Below are positions 47,023 through 58,714 of a DNA stretch of 64,000 nucleotides, piece after piece (position 1 is the first letter of the stretch; every line of letters starts with the position of its first letter). Position numbers and translations under genes: made by a program. Source of the stretch: Guillardia theta CCMP2712 (lineage: Eukaryota > Protista > Cryptophyta); NCBI RefSeq assembly GCF_000315625.1, contig NW_005434651.1, positions 145,115-209,114 of the forward strand, given 5' to 3'. The notes under the pieces are model-generated. The model did not search any database. It was not told where the DNA came from and saw nothing but the letters and a program-made list of their open reading frames with translations.

Positions 47023-50000
47023 TTATGTCCTCCTCCTCGCTTTCTTCTCCTCCGTCCTCTCAAGCTCCCGCTTTGCCCGCGACCGCGTCATCCTACCACT
47101 TTCCTCTTTCCCTACCGTCTCCTTCATTTCAGCTGCCCCTGCAGATGAAGGTAAGACAGACGCCGGATCAGGACAAGTTTCACCTGAACGACGTGTACTG
47201 CGGCTTACTCGAGGAGGGGAGTCAATCGAATTCATCTTTGCTCCTCCTCCTCCTCCTCCTCCTTTTCCTCCTCCTCCTCCTTTTCCTCCTCCTCCCTTTC
47301 CTTCTCCTGTCGCCCCCCTTCTGCTTCTTTCCATCGATTGTCTCCCCTTCTCCTCCTCATCGTACGCAGTTCCTCCAGGACTATCATTGTCGTCGTCAAC
47401 ATCACCTTCCCCGTCCTCCGCAGAGGCCCCGCTCGCTTCCTCCGCCGCTGACTCAGAGTCGGGAACCAGCGAAGCGTTGGGCATGTGCGAGAGGCACTTG
47501 AAGCAGCGAATGTACTCGGCAGAGACCGGAGGCTGCTGGCGTGTCAGGGGAGGAAGAGAAGAAGATGAATGGGAGGGAGAGAAGGAGAGGAAGGGGTGGG
47601 AGAGGAGCAAGGTGGGGCATGGAGGGAGGGAAAGTCAGGGAAGGAAAGTTGATATGTGGAGTAGCCTCAAGAGGGAGAGGGGGGGGGCAGGGGGAGATGC
47701 AGTGCAGGGACTAGAGGAGGAGCATGAATGTTGAGGGCGAGGAGGAGGAGGAGGAGGAGGAGGAGGAGGAGGAGGAGGAAGAGGAGGAGGAGAGAGAGAG
47801 AGGAGGAGGAGGAGGAGGAGCTGCGTCACCTCGTATCGAATGCGAGAGAAGAGCTGGTGGACCTCGACGGGCTCGAAGTGATTGTCAAGGAAGTCATCGC
47901 TGAATGCAGCAGGGCAGTCGATGCAGCGGAAGAGCATACCCCCGCAGTCCGACGCCCTCCTCTTGGAGCAGCAGCACCTGTGGTGGGGGCATATCCATCG
48001 CTCGTGGCTGCGGAGGATGACGCGCTCCCTCGCCTGCCGCGTGACGTTGGTGGAGGGAAGCTGCAGCTTCCTATAGTTGTCGTTGAAGGTGCGGAGGAGG
48101 CGTCTACCGTTGATGAAGGAGGGAGTTTTTTCCCGCATCTTGCTCAGGGTGCTGTTGAACGCCAGCCTGACGTCAGCAGCCAGGTCCTCCGGCCCGTGGT
48201 AGCTCCCGTTCTTCACCTTGCTCAGCACGTCCATAAGGCCGAGGCTGCCCCTGAACCTGGCCCCCTCCTCCTCGCCCCCTTCCCCACCGACGGAGGAGGA
48301 GCCGAGGTAGGGGCCCGCGTCCTTGCTCTTCGAGATGCGCATCACAAGGTTTCGATAGTCGTGAGGCCACTCGCCTACCGTCGACTTGTCCTCCTCAGTG
48401 AACCCGAGCTCCGAGTACACGTCCGACAGGAACCGGCGAAGCGCTCGAGCAGCCTTGTACACTGGGTGATCTGCTGCGGCCCCTCCCATGATCGCTGACA
48501 GCATGCTCTTCAGGGCAGTCACGAAGTGGCTGAAACTGTCGTACGTGCCCTTCTGCAGGCTGCGGTGAATGTGCCCGAGCTCGAACTTCCTCCCCTCGAA
48601 GGGCGGGTGGGAGCTACCGCTGCTGATGTTGCTGATGTTGCCGCAGGCGTTGGCGCGCTGGAGGAGCCTTCCCTCTCTCTTCATCAGCACTGTGTTCATC
48701 ACCTTGTTGCACAGCATCCACTCGTTCGTCGGCATCCTGGTGGCCCTGGTGGGGCCATGCTGGTCGGTGCTGCTGTTATGACCCACGTGCTCTCCCTCTT
48801 CCCCGTGCTTCCCCATGTGCGCATCCTGCCAGGCATGGCTGCCACGATCCGACACGTTGTAGGCATCCAGCCCAAGGGCAGGCTGCCCCCCCCCCCCTTC
48901 CTCCTCGTCCTCCTCTTCTTCCTCGTCCTCCTCCTCCTCATCCTCCAACCCTCCCCATCCCTCCGCCTTGATGCAGAACTTGTGCATCACCGTCGGGCAT
49001 CGCAAGCAGAACAGCATGATCCCGCTGGCTCGCTTGCAACGCTGGCACGTCCTCCTGTGGAGGAACCCTTTCTTCTTCGTCCCCTCAGTCTTCGTCTTCA
49101 TCCCCACCACCTGCGTCGCCCCCGCCTTGCCGGACCGTCTCTTTCCGTCCAGCGTCGTCGCCCACTCGCTCGCCATGTCGTCGGAGCTCTTCCTCTTGGA
49201 GTAGTGCTTCCCCTCGAACTGCCGCACAGCAGGCAGTGTCTGGAACATCTCCTCCAGAGCCGTCGCGTTTACTATGCTCGCGTTCTCTTGCTCCGCCCTC
49301 CTCGTCGCCACCTCCGCCAGCTGCACTCCAGCAAGCTCGTCGTCGCTCCCGTTGTAGACCTTGGTCTCCGAATGCTCCAGCAGCTCCTCGATGTTCGCCT
49401 CTGACAGGTTCGCCGCAGGCGTCGCCTGCCCGATGCAGTGGAGGCCATGGCGGAGGGTGAGGACGATGTCAGAGAGCGAGGCCTTGGGCTCGAGCTCGGG
49501 CGAGCGGTTGGGGAGAAGCGCATTTACGCCTTCGCGCATGACGAGCGCATTCATCAACGCCTTCTGCTCTGCCGCCAGTACGATCCTCTCCTCCACCGTG
49601 CCCTGTGTGACCAACCTGCCGCAGGGAGTGAGAGGAGGAGCAACAAGAGGGGAGGGAGCAAAGAAGCATGGGCAAGACGAGTGCGAACTCCAACAGATGG
49701 CAGGAGGAAGCAAAGCGGGGGGAGGGTGCAGAGGGAGGGAGGGAGGGGGGGAGCAGAGGTAGAGGTGGAGATACCTATAGCAGTGAACGGTCTTCTTCTG
49801 TCCTATCCTGTGCACGCGGTCCATGGCCTGGAGGTCAGCGCTGGGGTTCCAGTCGCTGTCGAAGATGATGACGGTGTCTGCTGCGATGAGAGTGATGCCG
49901 AGGCCTCCGGCGCGGGTCGAGATGAGGTAGACGAAGAAGCGGCTCCGGGGGTTCTCGAAGCACGCGATCTCGTACCTCCTCCTCGCCGCTGGCGTCGAGC

Positions 50001-51814
50001 CGTCGAGCCGGAGGAACTTGTAGTTGCGGAAGCGCATGTAGTCGCCGATGAGGTCGAGCATCGAGGTGAACTGAGAGTAGATGAGCGCCTTCCTACCCTC
50101 CTGCTGCAGCTTCGTCAGGATCTTGTCCAGGACCTGCAGCTTGCTCGACGTCTCAACGATCCGCTGGTCGGTGACCATCGGGTCGAGCTCAGGCAGGAGG
50201 AAGGGATGGTTGCAAACTTTCCTCAGCTGCATCAGCATCGAGTTGAGCGAGCTGTAGTGCATGCCGAGCTTCTTGGGGGATGCAGGGTCTGTGCTGCCCT
50301 TGGACAGCTGAAGGATCTTGTCGATGTCCTGTTTGAGGATCCCAGCGTATACAAACCTCTGCATCTCTGACAGTGGAACGACTATCTTCTTCTCGATCTT
50401 GGGGGGCAGCTCCTGGCTGAGCACATCTCGTTTCAGCCTCCTGAGCATCAGGGACTCGAGGAGGGAATGGGCACATTCTATCAGAGCAGCGTCGACTACT
50501 CCCTGGCTGCTGCTGTTGTGGTAGAGCTGGTTGATGCGGAACCCGGCGTCTGAGGAGGCAGTCAACGACCATGACGAACATGGGGGAGAGAAGAATCGTG
50601 ATGCGGGAAGAGGGAGGGGGAGGGAGAGGAGCAGGACAAGGTGGAAAGAGGAGGGAAGAATGGAGGAGGAAGGTTTGGAGGGAGGAGAAAGGAGGGAGAG
50701 CTAACCGAACATCTCAGAGGAATGGAGGACGTCGGGGAAGAGGATATTGAGGAGGCTCCACAGCTCATGGAGGTTGTTCTGCAGGGGAGTCCCGGTGATG
50801 AGGAGACGGTTGCAGCAGTGGAGCTTGCGGACTACTTGACCAAGGACGGTGTTCTCGTTCTTCATACGATGCGCTTCGTCCAGCACCACATAGTTCCACA
50901 CTGACCTCGCAACAAACGCGTGCTGGTCCGCCACGAGCATCTCGTAGGTGGTGATGCAAATGTCGAACATGCCCTTGTTCAGGACCTCGTGCCGCAGCCG
51001 CTCTCTCTCTGCCAAGGACAGGAATCATCGCCCTCCCATCTTTGCAGCACGACCTGACCCTGATCTGCTGCAGCCCTGCTCTTGCTCTGCTGATACCTTT
51101 CCCCATCTCCTCCTCCCCCATCGCGCTGAGACTGTCCTCCTACCTCGTTCTGCACCCTTGCTTCACATCCTCTCTGAACTTTTGTGCTCCTATATGACTG
51201 CAACGAAAATTCCCTTCTCCTTCCTCCTCTTTCTTCTCTCCCTCCCTCCTCCCTCCTCGCCTCCTCTATTCATGACCTCCCTCCTCCTTCTCATGCTCTG
51301 CCACGACTTCCTCTTCTCCTCTCCTCATCACCTCGCTCCTCGCTCCCACCTTCCCTGCTCCCCACAGTCTCCACTCTCCTCCTCCTCACCAGCTGAGGAC
51401 CCATGGAACGTGACGACCTTGAGACTAGGGCACCACTTCTGGGCTTCGCAAACCCAGCTGTTCATGACTGAGAGCGGGGCCACGACGAGGTGTGGGCCGG
51501 GCTCCTGCCTTACAGCCTTGAGGAAGACTAGGAAAGAGAGCACCTGGAGGGTCTTTCCCAACCCCTGAGCAGGCGCGTCAGTGGCTGGAGCATGAGGGAG
51601 GGGGGACGGGGGGGAGGATGGGTCAAGGGGGAGGAGGATGGGTCAAGGAGAGGCAGGAGGAGTGGAGTGAGCTGACAAGAAATATGTGGAGGAGAGAGGA
51701 GAATGAATAGAGGAACAAGCCGATTAGAGGGGCAGGGTGAGAGACAGAGACAGGGAAGGGAAGCGAAGTGGAGGAGGTAGGAGGAAGTAGGACCAAGGTG
51801 AAGGGCGGAGAAAG

Positions 51815-51851
<37 letters not shown>

Positions 51852-52535
51852 ATCAAAAGGACAATCAGCCCACCATCTCGTCCCCTAGAATAATCCCTGC
51901 GCCCTCGTCGTGCTGTTCGGCCATCCACCGGAGCCCCTCAACCTGATACCCGCGCATCTCCCCTCCCACCACTTGCCTCGGCTGCCCCTTGACCGGTAGT
52001 TTGTGCTTCTTGATCTCCTCAATCGCTCGGAAGAGCAGCGAGTCCTCCTGCTCCCGCACTCCAGCCAGCAGCTCCGTCATGCGCAGCAGCTTCGCGCCCG
52101 TCGCCCCGTCGATCTCTCTGCCGTTGCAAGTGAGATGCCAGAGGAAGGAAGGGGGAGGAGGACTGCAAGCCCGAGACGAGGAGGACTTGAGCTGGGGTTA
52201 AGGGCAAGCAGAGAAGAAGAGAGCAGGAGAGAAGGAGTAGACGGTGAAGGTGAGGGAGCAGAGAGAAGGAGCAGGAACTTGGGCTGTGATGCAGGACGGA
52301 CCTGTCATGCGGAGCAAGAAAAGGAGAGAAATGGTCCCAACGATCGATGACGAACTGAGCTCGTTTTCCCTGAGAAATCTTGGAGAAACGATGGAGAGTC
52401 GCAATCTGTGTTGGGGTGAACGAACAATTGAGACAACCGGAAGAGACTGTATAGCGGCATCTTGCCTGGTTGGCCCGTTGAGCATTCGCGACAGCAGATT
52501 CCTTCCTCTTTGACTGAGAGGATGGGAAGCAAGAA

Positions 52536-52588
<53 letters not shown>

Positions 52589-53309
52589 AAAGGAAGACGA
52601 AGAGAAAAGAAAGTCAACTAAAGTCAGATTCGAAACATTCCAAGGAACACCTGTGGCCAGACGTTCTCCACTGGGACGCGATCGAACGCACCATCCAAGG
52701 CATAGTAGAAACTCTCCTTCCGGTTTCGCTCCTTGTGAACAGGAGTACCCATCTCCTCCGCCTCTGCCTGCTCCTCCTCCTCCTCCTCCTCCTCCTCCTC
52801 CTCCTCCTCCTCCTCCTCCCCTCCCCCAACCTCCCCCAGCAGCTCATCGGTAGCCCCCTCAGCAGCAGCAGCCCCCTCAGCCTCACGCTTGCGGTATACA
52901 GAGACCAGCAGCCCATCTCGACAGAGGTTGGAGAGGTGAATACCGAGGTAGAAGGGAGCATCGAATGCGACCTCCTTGTTCCTCTCACTGATCCTATCGA
53001 CAGCACCATCAGAGTCCAACTCGCGGAGAGCGCGGGTGGCAGGAAGCGAGCAGCAGGCAGCAAAAGCTCACCATTGGATGATCTGGTTCTTGGAGACGGC
53101 TGACTGGGGTGAGGTAGCGTTCAACATGTGCAGAGCGTGTCTGAGTGAGGAACGGCTGAGCTCAAGTAGCACAACACACACATGCGCTTACAAGCACGTC
53201 GACCGCCAGGACCCGCGCATCTTCCGGGGAGATGCCCTGGCATTGTTGAAGGCGTGGTCGATGTCGACAAAGTTGTCGTCCTGCTGCCTGTAGACAGGTC
53301 GTCGCTTCA
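47023..53309 (-). CDS. SNF2-family (ISWI/CHD-related) chromatin remodelling ATPase with C-terminal PHD fingers and two bromodomain-like units, spliced
   Basis: MRGYQVEGLRWM, ILGDEM/GLGKTLQ, HLVVAPLSV, VVLDEAHRMKN, LITGTPLQNNLHELWSLL, LRRLK, QLRKVCNHPFL, LIYSQFT, RLDGST, STRAGGLGI, DSDWNP..DLQAMDRVHRIGQ. PHD-type CQRC..CLRC..HKFC and WICPHHRC..LFRCIDCP. 5' and 3' limits approximate. Confidence 0.88.
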
Positions 53310-53369
53310 TGTCGCTGCAGTGGCTGGGAGTCAGAGGAGAGGAGGAACCGAGAGGTAGATTGTTTCCCA

Positions 53370-55621
53370 CCTCACTTCCATCGAGAAGGTCTGTCGCCGA
53401 CGATCCCTCTCCTCCTCGCTCACTCTCTTGAGGGAGCTCTGCACACAAACCTTCTTGTCAGGCCCAGAGGATCCGCAGAGCACAACAAATCCAACACCTC
53501 GTAGTCCTCCTGCATCCACTGCGACAAGTTCTGGTACAATGACCTCTCCTCCTCTGCTAAGTCCTTCCATTCCGCGCGAAGTTGTCGCTCCTGCGCATTG
53601 CGATCTACCACCATCTTTTTGACCTCGATCATCGTCTCGATTCCATGCCGGTCACGCAGCGTCTGCTGGATGGAAGACAAGAAAGTTGCAGGAGCCAGCG
53701 GCTTGATCGAGCTAAAGTTGTGCTCGAGCTGCTCTTCGAGGTACGTCCAGGCCTCATGACGATCGGAGATGCAGGAGGGTGAAGTCTCGTTGCTGCTGCT
53801 CCCTCTCTCTAGCTCTGTTGAGAACACAAAGTTCTGCCTCCATCGCATGCTGAAGAGGAGAGGAGCGTCCCTCCGCTCTAAGTCCAGGTACTTTTTCGCC
53901 TCGTGCAGGAGGTGCCTCCCCCAGCTGACGTTGTTACAGACACCCAAGTAGAAGTTCAGCCTCTGCTCCATCATCGCCTCCTCCTCCTTCCTCAGCGACT
54001 GGTTGTAGGCCATCTCGCGCTTGATGAACATTCGAAACAGCTGGTAGGCAGGCGGCGGTTTCCCAGCCACAGGCCACAGGAACCACCCAAAGAAAGGAGC
54101 CTTGACCCACCGGTGCTGCGCAGGAGGTCGAGGAAGGAAGCAGCGGACGGTTCTCCTTACCTCCTGCAAGACAGAGCTGACGGGCACGTGGGTGTCCGGA
54201 TCCATCCAAGACCACCTCCCATCCTTGAACTTCCACTCGAAACTCTTTCCCCTCTCGTTGCAACGGGTCTGGTTGACGAGCATTTCGAGGGCGTCCGGGC
54301 AGATCCAGTTCTCCGAAGAGCGGGTCGGAAAGCGACCGTAGCTCTGAAGGACTCTGGAGATCCTGTTGGCCAGTGTTTGGTTGATGAAGTCGAGCAGCAC
54401 AACACATCGTGGAGGGATCTGAGCGAGGAAGTTGGCACCCATGAGGAGGATAGGATCGTTCGTCGTTGCGCCCCTGATCCTTACTTTCCTCGAGAGCTCG
54501 AGCTTCGGGATGTTCTCCAACACCTCTGTGTTGACGTAGTACAGGGAAGTGTTGTACTCTGCTGCCATCTGAAGCGCTCGGTCGCGATCCTTTTGGGTCA
54601 GAATCAGCCGCTTGTTCAGGCTGTTGGGATTGGGTGGGAGAGCAGGGGGCCTCATGAATGGCTGCGGGGTCTGTCTGGACCTCGTGCCAGCATTCTGATC
54701 TGAGGGGGGAAAGATCAACCAGCGTCAGAAACCAACGGAGCACAAGGCAGCAAGTTCACACCTCGGACCCTGACGAACGACTCGTACCGGATCTCCAGCC
54801 TCTGCCCTGCAGGAATGTTCTGAGGCAAGCGCACCATCACTTGATCGTCTCCATTGCGCAGGATCATCGAGCCTCCCCTGTAACAATTCTGTTGGAGGAC
54901 TGTAGAGATGATTCTCGGCACCCGTTGGATCCAAGGGCTCCCTTGTGTTCCTGTTCTCGGGATGGGTATTTGGATCTTCAGTACCTGCCCGACTACTGCC
55001 GTCTCAGGGATCTGCACATCCTATCAGACATGAAGCAGTCTGGTCATCAAACTACCTTGATTGACACCACATAGTCAGAAATAGAGATGTTCAAACGACT
55101 CCCGGGAACCATTTCTTCGCTCACTCTCAGATCTCGCAATTCATACCCCACCAAAGTTCCCCACAGGATAACTGGTAGTGCGCGCTGAAGGCGCACAGGA
55201 GCAGCACAGTCATGAAGTATTGAGTGAGACATATCAGATTTACCTGATCAAGTAGCATGCTTCCGGGGGTTTCCGATGCCGCTGGTCTCTTGATCGATGC
55301 TCCTGCTGTCCTGTATATCGGTAACGCCAGCGCTGGGTCAGACTGCAGGCTCCACGCGTGCTTCTGCTTCGAACATGATGGCAATGGCTCTGATGAGACC
55401 TGCCTCGCGCTCTCCTGAGGAAGACTTGTGCCCCCCCGCAGCCTCCTCGAGCACAGCAGGAGGACGTCACTGTACCGTTGAGCTTTCAGCCATCCGACAG
55501 CAGACGCGTCAGAGGGCCGAAAGGTGTCGTGCGGAGAGTTGGTTACGAACGCAAGGAGAATGGAAGTGATGGCCAGGAAGACGTTGAAGCTCCTTGCTCG
55601 GAAGGCTCCCAGTGTTTTCAT
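53370..55621 (-). CDS. Signal-peptide/RLRGG protein with split HMG-box-like C-terminus, spliced
   Basis: MKTLGAFRARSFNVFLAITSILLAF then RRLRGG. KPPPAYQLF and LRAEWKDLAEEERSLYQ resemble HMG-box halves. Confidence 0.5.
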
Positions 55622-56773
55622 TGGACCCCGACGGCGATGTATGTTCCTGCGGGGTACTCGGCGCCTCCCTCAGTGACTGGTGGTCTCATCAACTGACGAA
55701 GCACCAGCCTATACCATGGTGTTACACTAGACACTTGGATGGACTGTAACTTAGCCAACTTGGGAGAAGAGCCGCAAGCAAACCCCCTGCTGGATTCACA
55801 CTGTCCCGTGCGAAAGGCAATCGGTATTCAAATCATGAGGTGGATCTTTTAGCTTGTCCAACCCTGAAAACGACCACCACCTGAGACAATGATCTCATTT
55901 CATCTATCACCACACGTGGCGAACTTTTTCTCCTTGGGTCCTCCCATCTACCACTCCTCCTCCAGTCGTTCTCCGCGGATCCTGGTACTGAGGTCTGAGA
56001 TCCGTCTGCCAGCTCAGCGTCTGAGGCAAGATGTTCTTCTGGTTTTCATGCATCCTCCATCTCCTTCAGGTTTGTTCTCTGTCGTCTCCTCCTCCTCTCC
56101 TCTCCTCTCTTTCCCCGTTTCTCCCTGCCTTCCGAACCCTCACTCTTCGTAGCGCCCGCACGCCATGCGGGACCCTGTCCCTCATCCCCTCGCAGACTGG
56201 GTCCTCTGGGCCCGCTCCAGGCCCGCCCCCAGGCCCGCGGCGCGGCCCGGGCCCGGGCCCGGCCGGGCTGACGGATCACAAGTTTGTTAGACTTGTACTG
56301 TGCCAAAAAAATGCAGACATCATATCGACCTTAGCTGTAACAAGACAGTTTTGCTCAAGACCGAGTTCAGTTAATGCACACGAAAACCAGAATTCAAGTG
56401 AGGAGCACATGAGAGATACAAATGTAAACTTCAGTGACTCAAGCATCCAGCCATGAGAGCACCTGAGCAAGACGGCTAGGGAGGAGTCCCTCTTCCGAAG
56501 TTCGTCCCACGTACTACATGGCCGCCTCGAAAACACGTAAGGGTCTTGGAAGCCTCCCGGCCGCGGCATGTGGGCCGCCGCCGCGGCGCGCCCCCGCGCG
56601 GCCGGGCCGGGCCGGGCCCGGGCCGGCACTGAGTCACAGTGTCCGATCACACTGGCTGTCAGTGTGCCCCCCCCAGGCCATCCGATGACTCTCATCCCGG
56701 CGGAGGAGCTCACTGAGTCATGGTAATCATTCAAGTTAAGTTTAATGGATGCTAGTAGAATCCATGGAGGCAT

Positions 56774-57850
56774 TCAACGGCTCACCATGACTTCCTCTGC
56801 ATCCTCTGCGTCCGGCATCCTGGGGAGAGGAGGAGCAGAAGCGTTTGAAGTGTAGACGGTGCTGCTGGAGGTGTTGTACGGCAGCGCGGTGGGGATCCTC
56901 AAGTCGGCGTTGGCCGGGGGAGGAGCGTGGTAGGGGTAAGGACGGAACTCATAGGGTAGACGAAGGTGGTCGGCGGCTGAGTACCTTGAGGGAGCGGTCA
57001 GATAAAGCAGGGAGAGCAGGGAGAACCATTTCATGACGATGCCCGCGGTGAACGCAAAGGCCAGGACGAAGCCGATAGGGTTTGAGTTCGAAGCCTGACA
57101 GCACAAGGTATGAGAGAGTTGCTGCGATCCGAGACTCTGACACGTCACCATGAGGACAGATGCCGCCACGACGTCTGCGAGCAGGCACAAGCAGTACATC
57201 TGCCACATGTACACCCCGACACAGCAATCGAAGCTGGTCAACACCGAATGTCGGTAAGAGTTGAAGTTCAAACTGTAGTCAGCTCGAAAGCCCATCCCGA
57301 GGCCCCACTCCATCCCGGACTGCACCAAGATCAGCACAGTGACGATGAACTCGTCGGTGCTGTCAGCCTTGCAGGCGTAAGGGAAGGCAGACATGAGACT
57401 GAGCAGGAGGCAGGCTAGCTGGATCAGAATGTCGCATGCTTGCTGTGCAGGCCGAGTGTTTCGGATCGTGCTCCTGGGTTTCAACATGAGGTAAACGCAG
57501 TAGAGCAACTCCAAGAGCTTGAGGCCCCGCACGACGGCGAAGATGGAGACACAGGCGCATAAAATTCCGGTGTCTCCACCGTTGGAGGACTGATACGTGT
57601 TGAAGCCGTACATGAAGGAAGTGCAGGTGGCCGACACGCCCGAGCATGCTGAAGGGCTCGAGTAGGTGTTCCCATCTGTAGGACAGTACCACTTGCCCGA
57701 GGGGCAGCCACTTGCTGTTAGATAAGACCTGTCAACAAGCGTCAAACATTGAAATGTTTTTGGATGATACATCAAATGTTGTGCATGCCTGGCAAAGCGT
57801 ATCATGATTATATGCCATAAAGTACTTGGTTGTACATCATGCAATTTCAT
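56774..57850 (-). CDS. Multi-pass membrane protein with Cys-rich segment and Pro-rich tail
   Basis: GCPSGKWYCPTDG..ACSGVSATC followed by about 5 hydrophobic helices. The true 5' end is probably spliced. Confidence 0.55.
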   Translation of the reverse strand: MKLHDVQPSTLWHIIMIRFARHAQHLMYHPKTFQCLTLVDRSYLTASGCPSGKWYCPTDGNTYSSPSACSGVSATCTSFMYGFNTYQSSNGGDTGILCACVSIFAVVRGLKLLELLYCVYLMLKPRSTIRNTRPAQQACDILIQLACLLLSLMSAFPYACKADSTDEFIVTVLILVQSGMEWGLGMGFRADYSLNFNSYRHSVLTSFDCCVGVYMWQMYCLCLLADVVAASVLMVTCQSLGSQQLSHTLCCQASNSNPIGFVLAFAFTAGIVMKWFSLLSLLYLTAPSRYSAADHLRLPYEFRPYPYHAPPPANADLRIPTALPYNTSSSTVYTSNASAPPLPRMPDAEDAEEVMVSR

Positions 57851-58714
57851 AACAAGTCATCACTAATCGAATGATGTCAAATCATGTCATATCGTATCAT
57901 ATCCAAGCCAATTTCATGATATCTGCCCAACAAGGTGTAGCTGGAGAAATAATTGCCTCACATTTCGCAGGTTGACTTGTGAGAGCCTTTCAACTCAATC
58001 ACAACCTGTCTTTGATGTAATTCTTGGTAGTGAATGAAGATACTCGCTCCTGCTACCCGCCTTTTGCTTCAAAGCATCGCTTCTGATTAGCATCCACCTT
58101 CTCAAAGCCTGAGAATTAGAACTGTGTGAAAGATTAGCGGCATGGTCAACGTGAGGTTAGATCATGAGGGAAAATGATTTTTAACTGACGATGAGGAGAA
58201 AACGAATCTTTGTGTTTGTATGAATGCTTCACCCGTGATGCACTCCAATCTTTTCTCCTTTGTTTCCAGTCATTACCTGCACTCCCCTCTTCTATTCCCC
58301 GCTTATATTTCTCTCTCTTGGTCCTCTACCAAGTTGTTTGTCTTCTTTCTTTTCCCTGCTCTCTCTCTTCGCTTTGCTGTTTAGGCACAATCCTCGTCTG
58401 ATCCCCTCTTGCCTACCCTGCTACCTTTAGTACCATACCCAATGCTTCTTCCCCACTACCTCCTACTTGGGCGAATGATAGAGGAGAATCATCAATGACA
58501 GTGTAGAGAAAACAGGCAATAGGATAGAGTAGGAATACAGATTCCTCCGTTGTTTCCTGCTTCTGATCTCGAGTTGAAATAGGAGAGGGAGGAGGTGACA
58601 AAGGGAGGTGCTGGAGGGAGGGGAGGAGACAGGAAGGAAGAGAAGAGTTGAGGGAAGCAGGGGGCATCTCTTGTGTTGCAGTCATCCCTATCTTGTCATG
58701 AGCGCTCTTCTCCT

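Noticed and set aside
47728-50370. Long plus-strand ORFs (256, 292 and 310 aa)
   Set aside because: Antisense shadows of the SNF2 coding exons.
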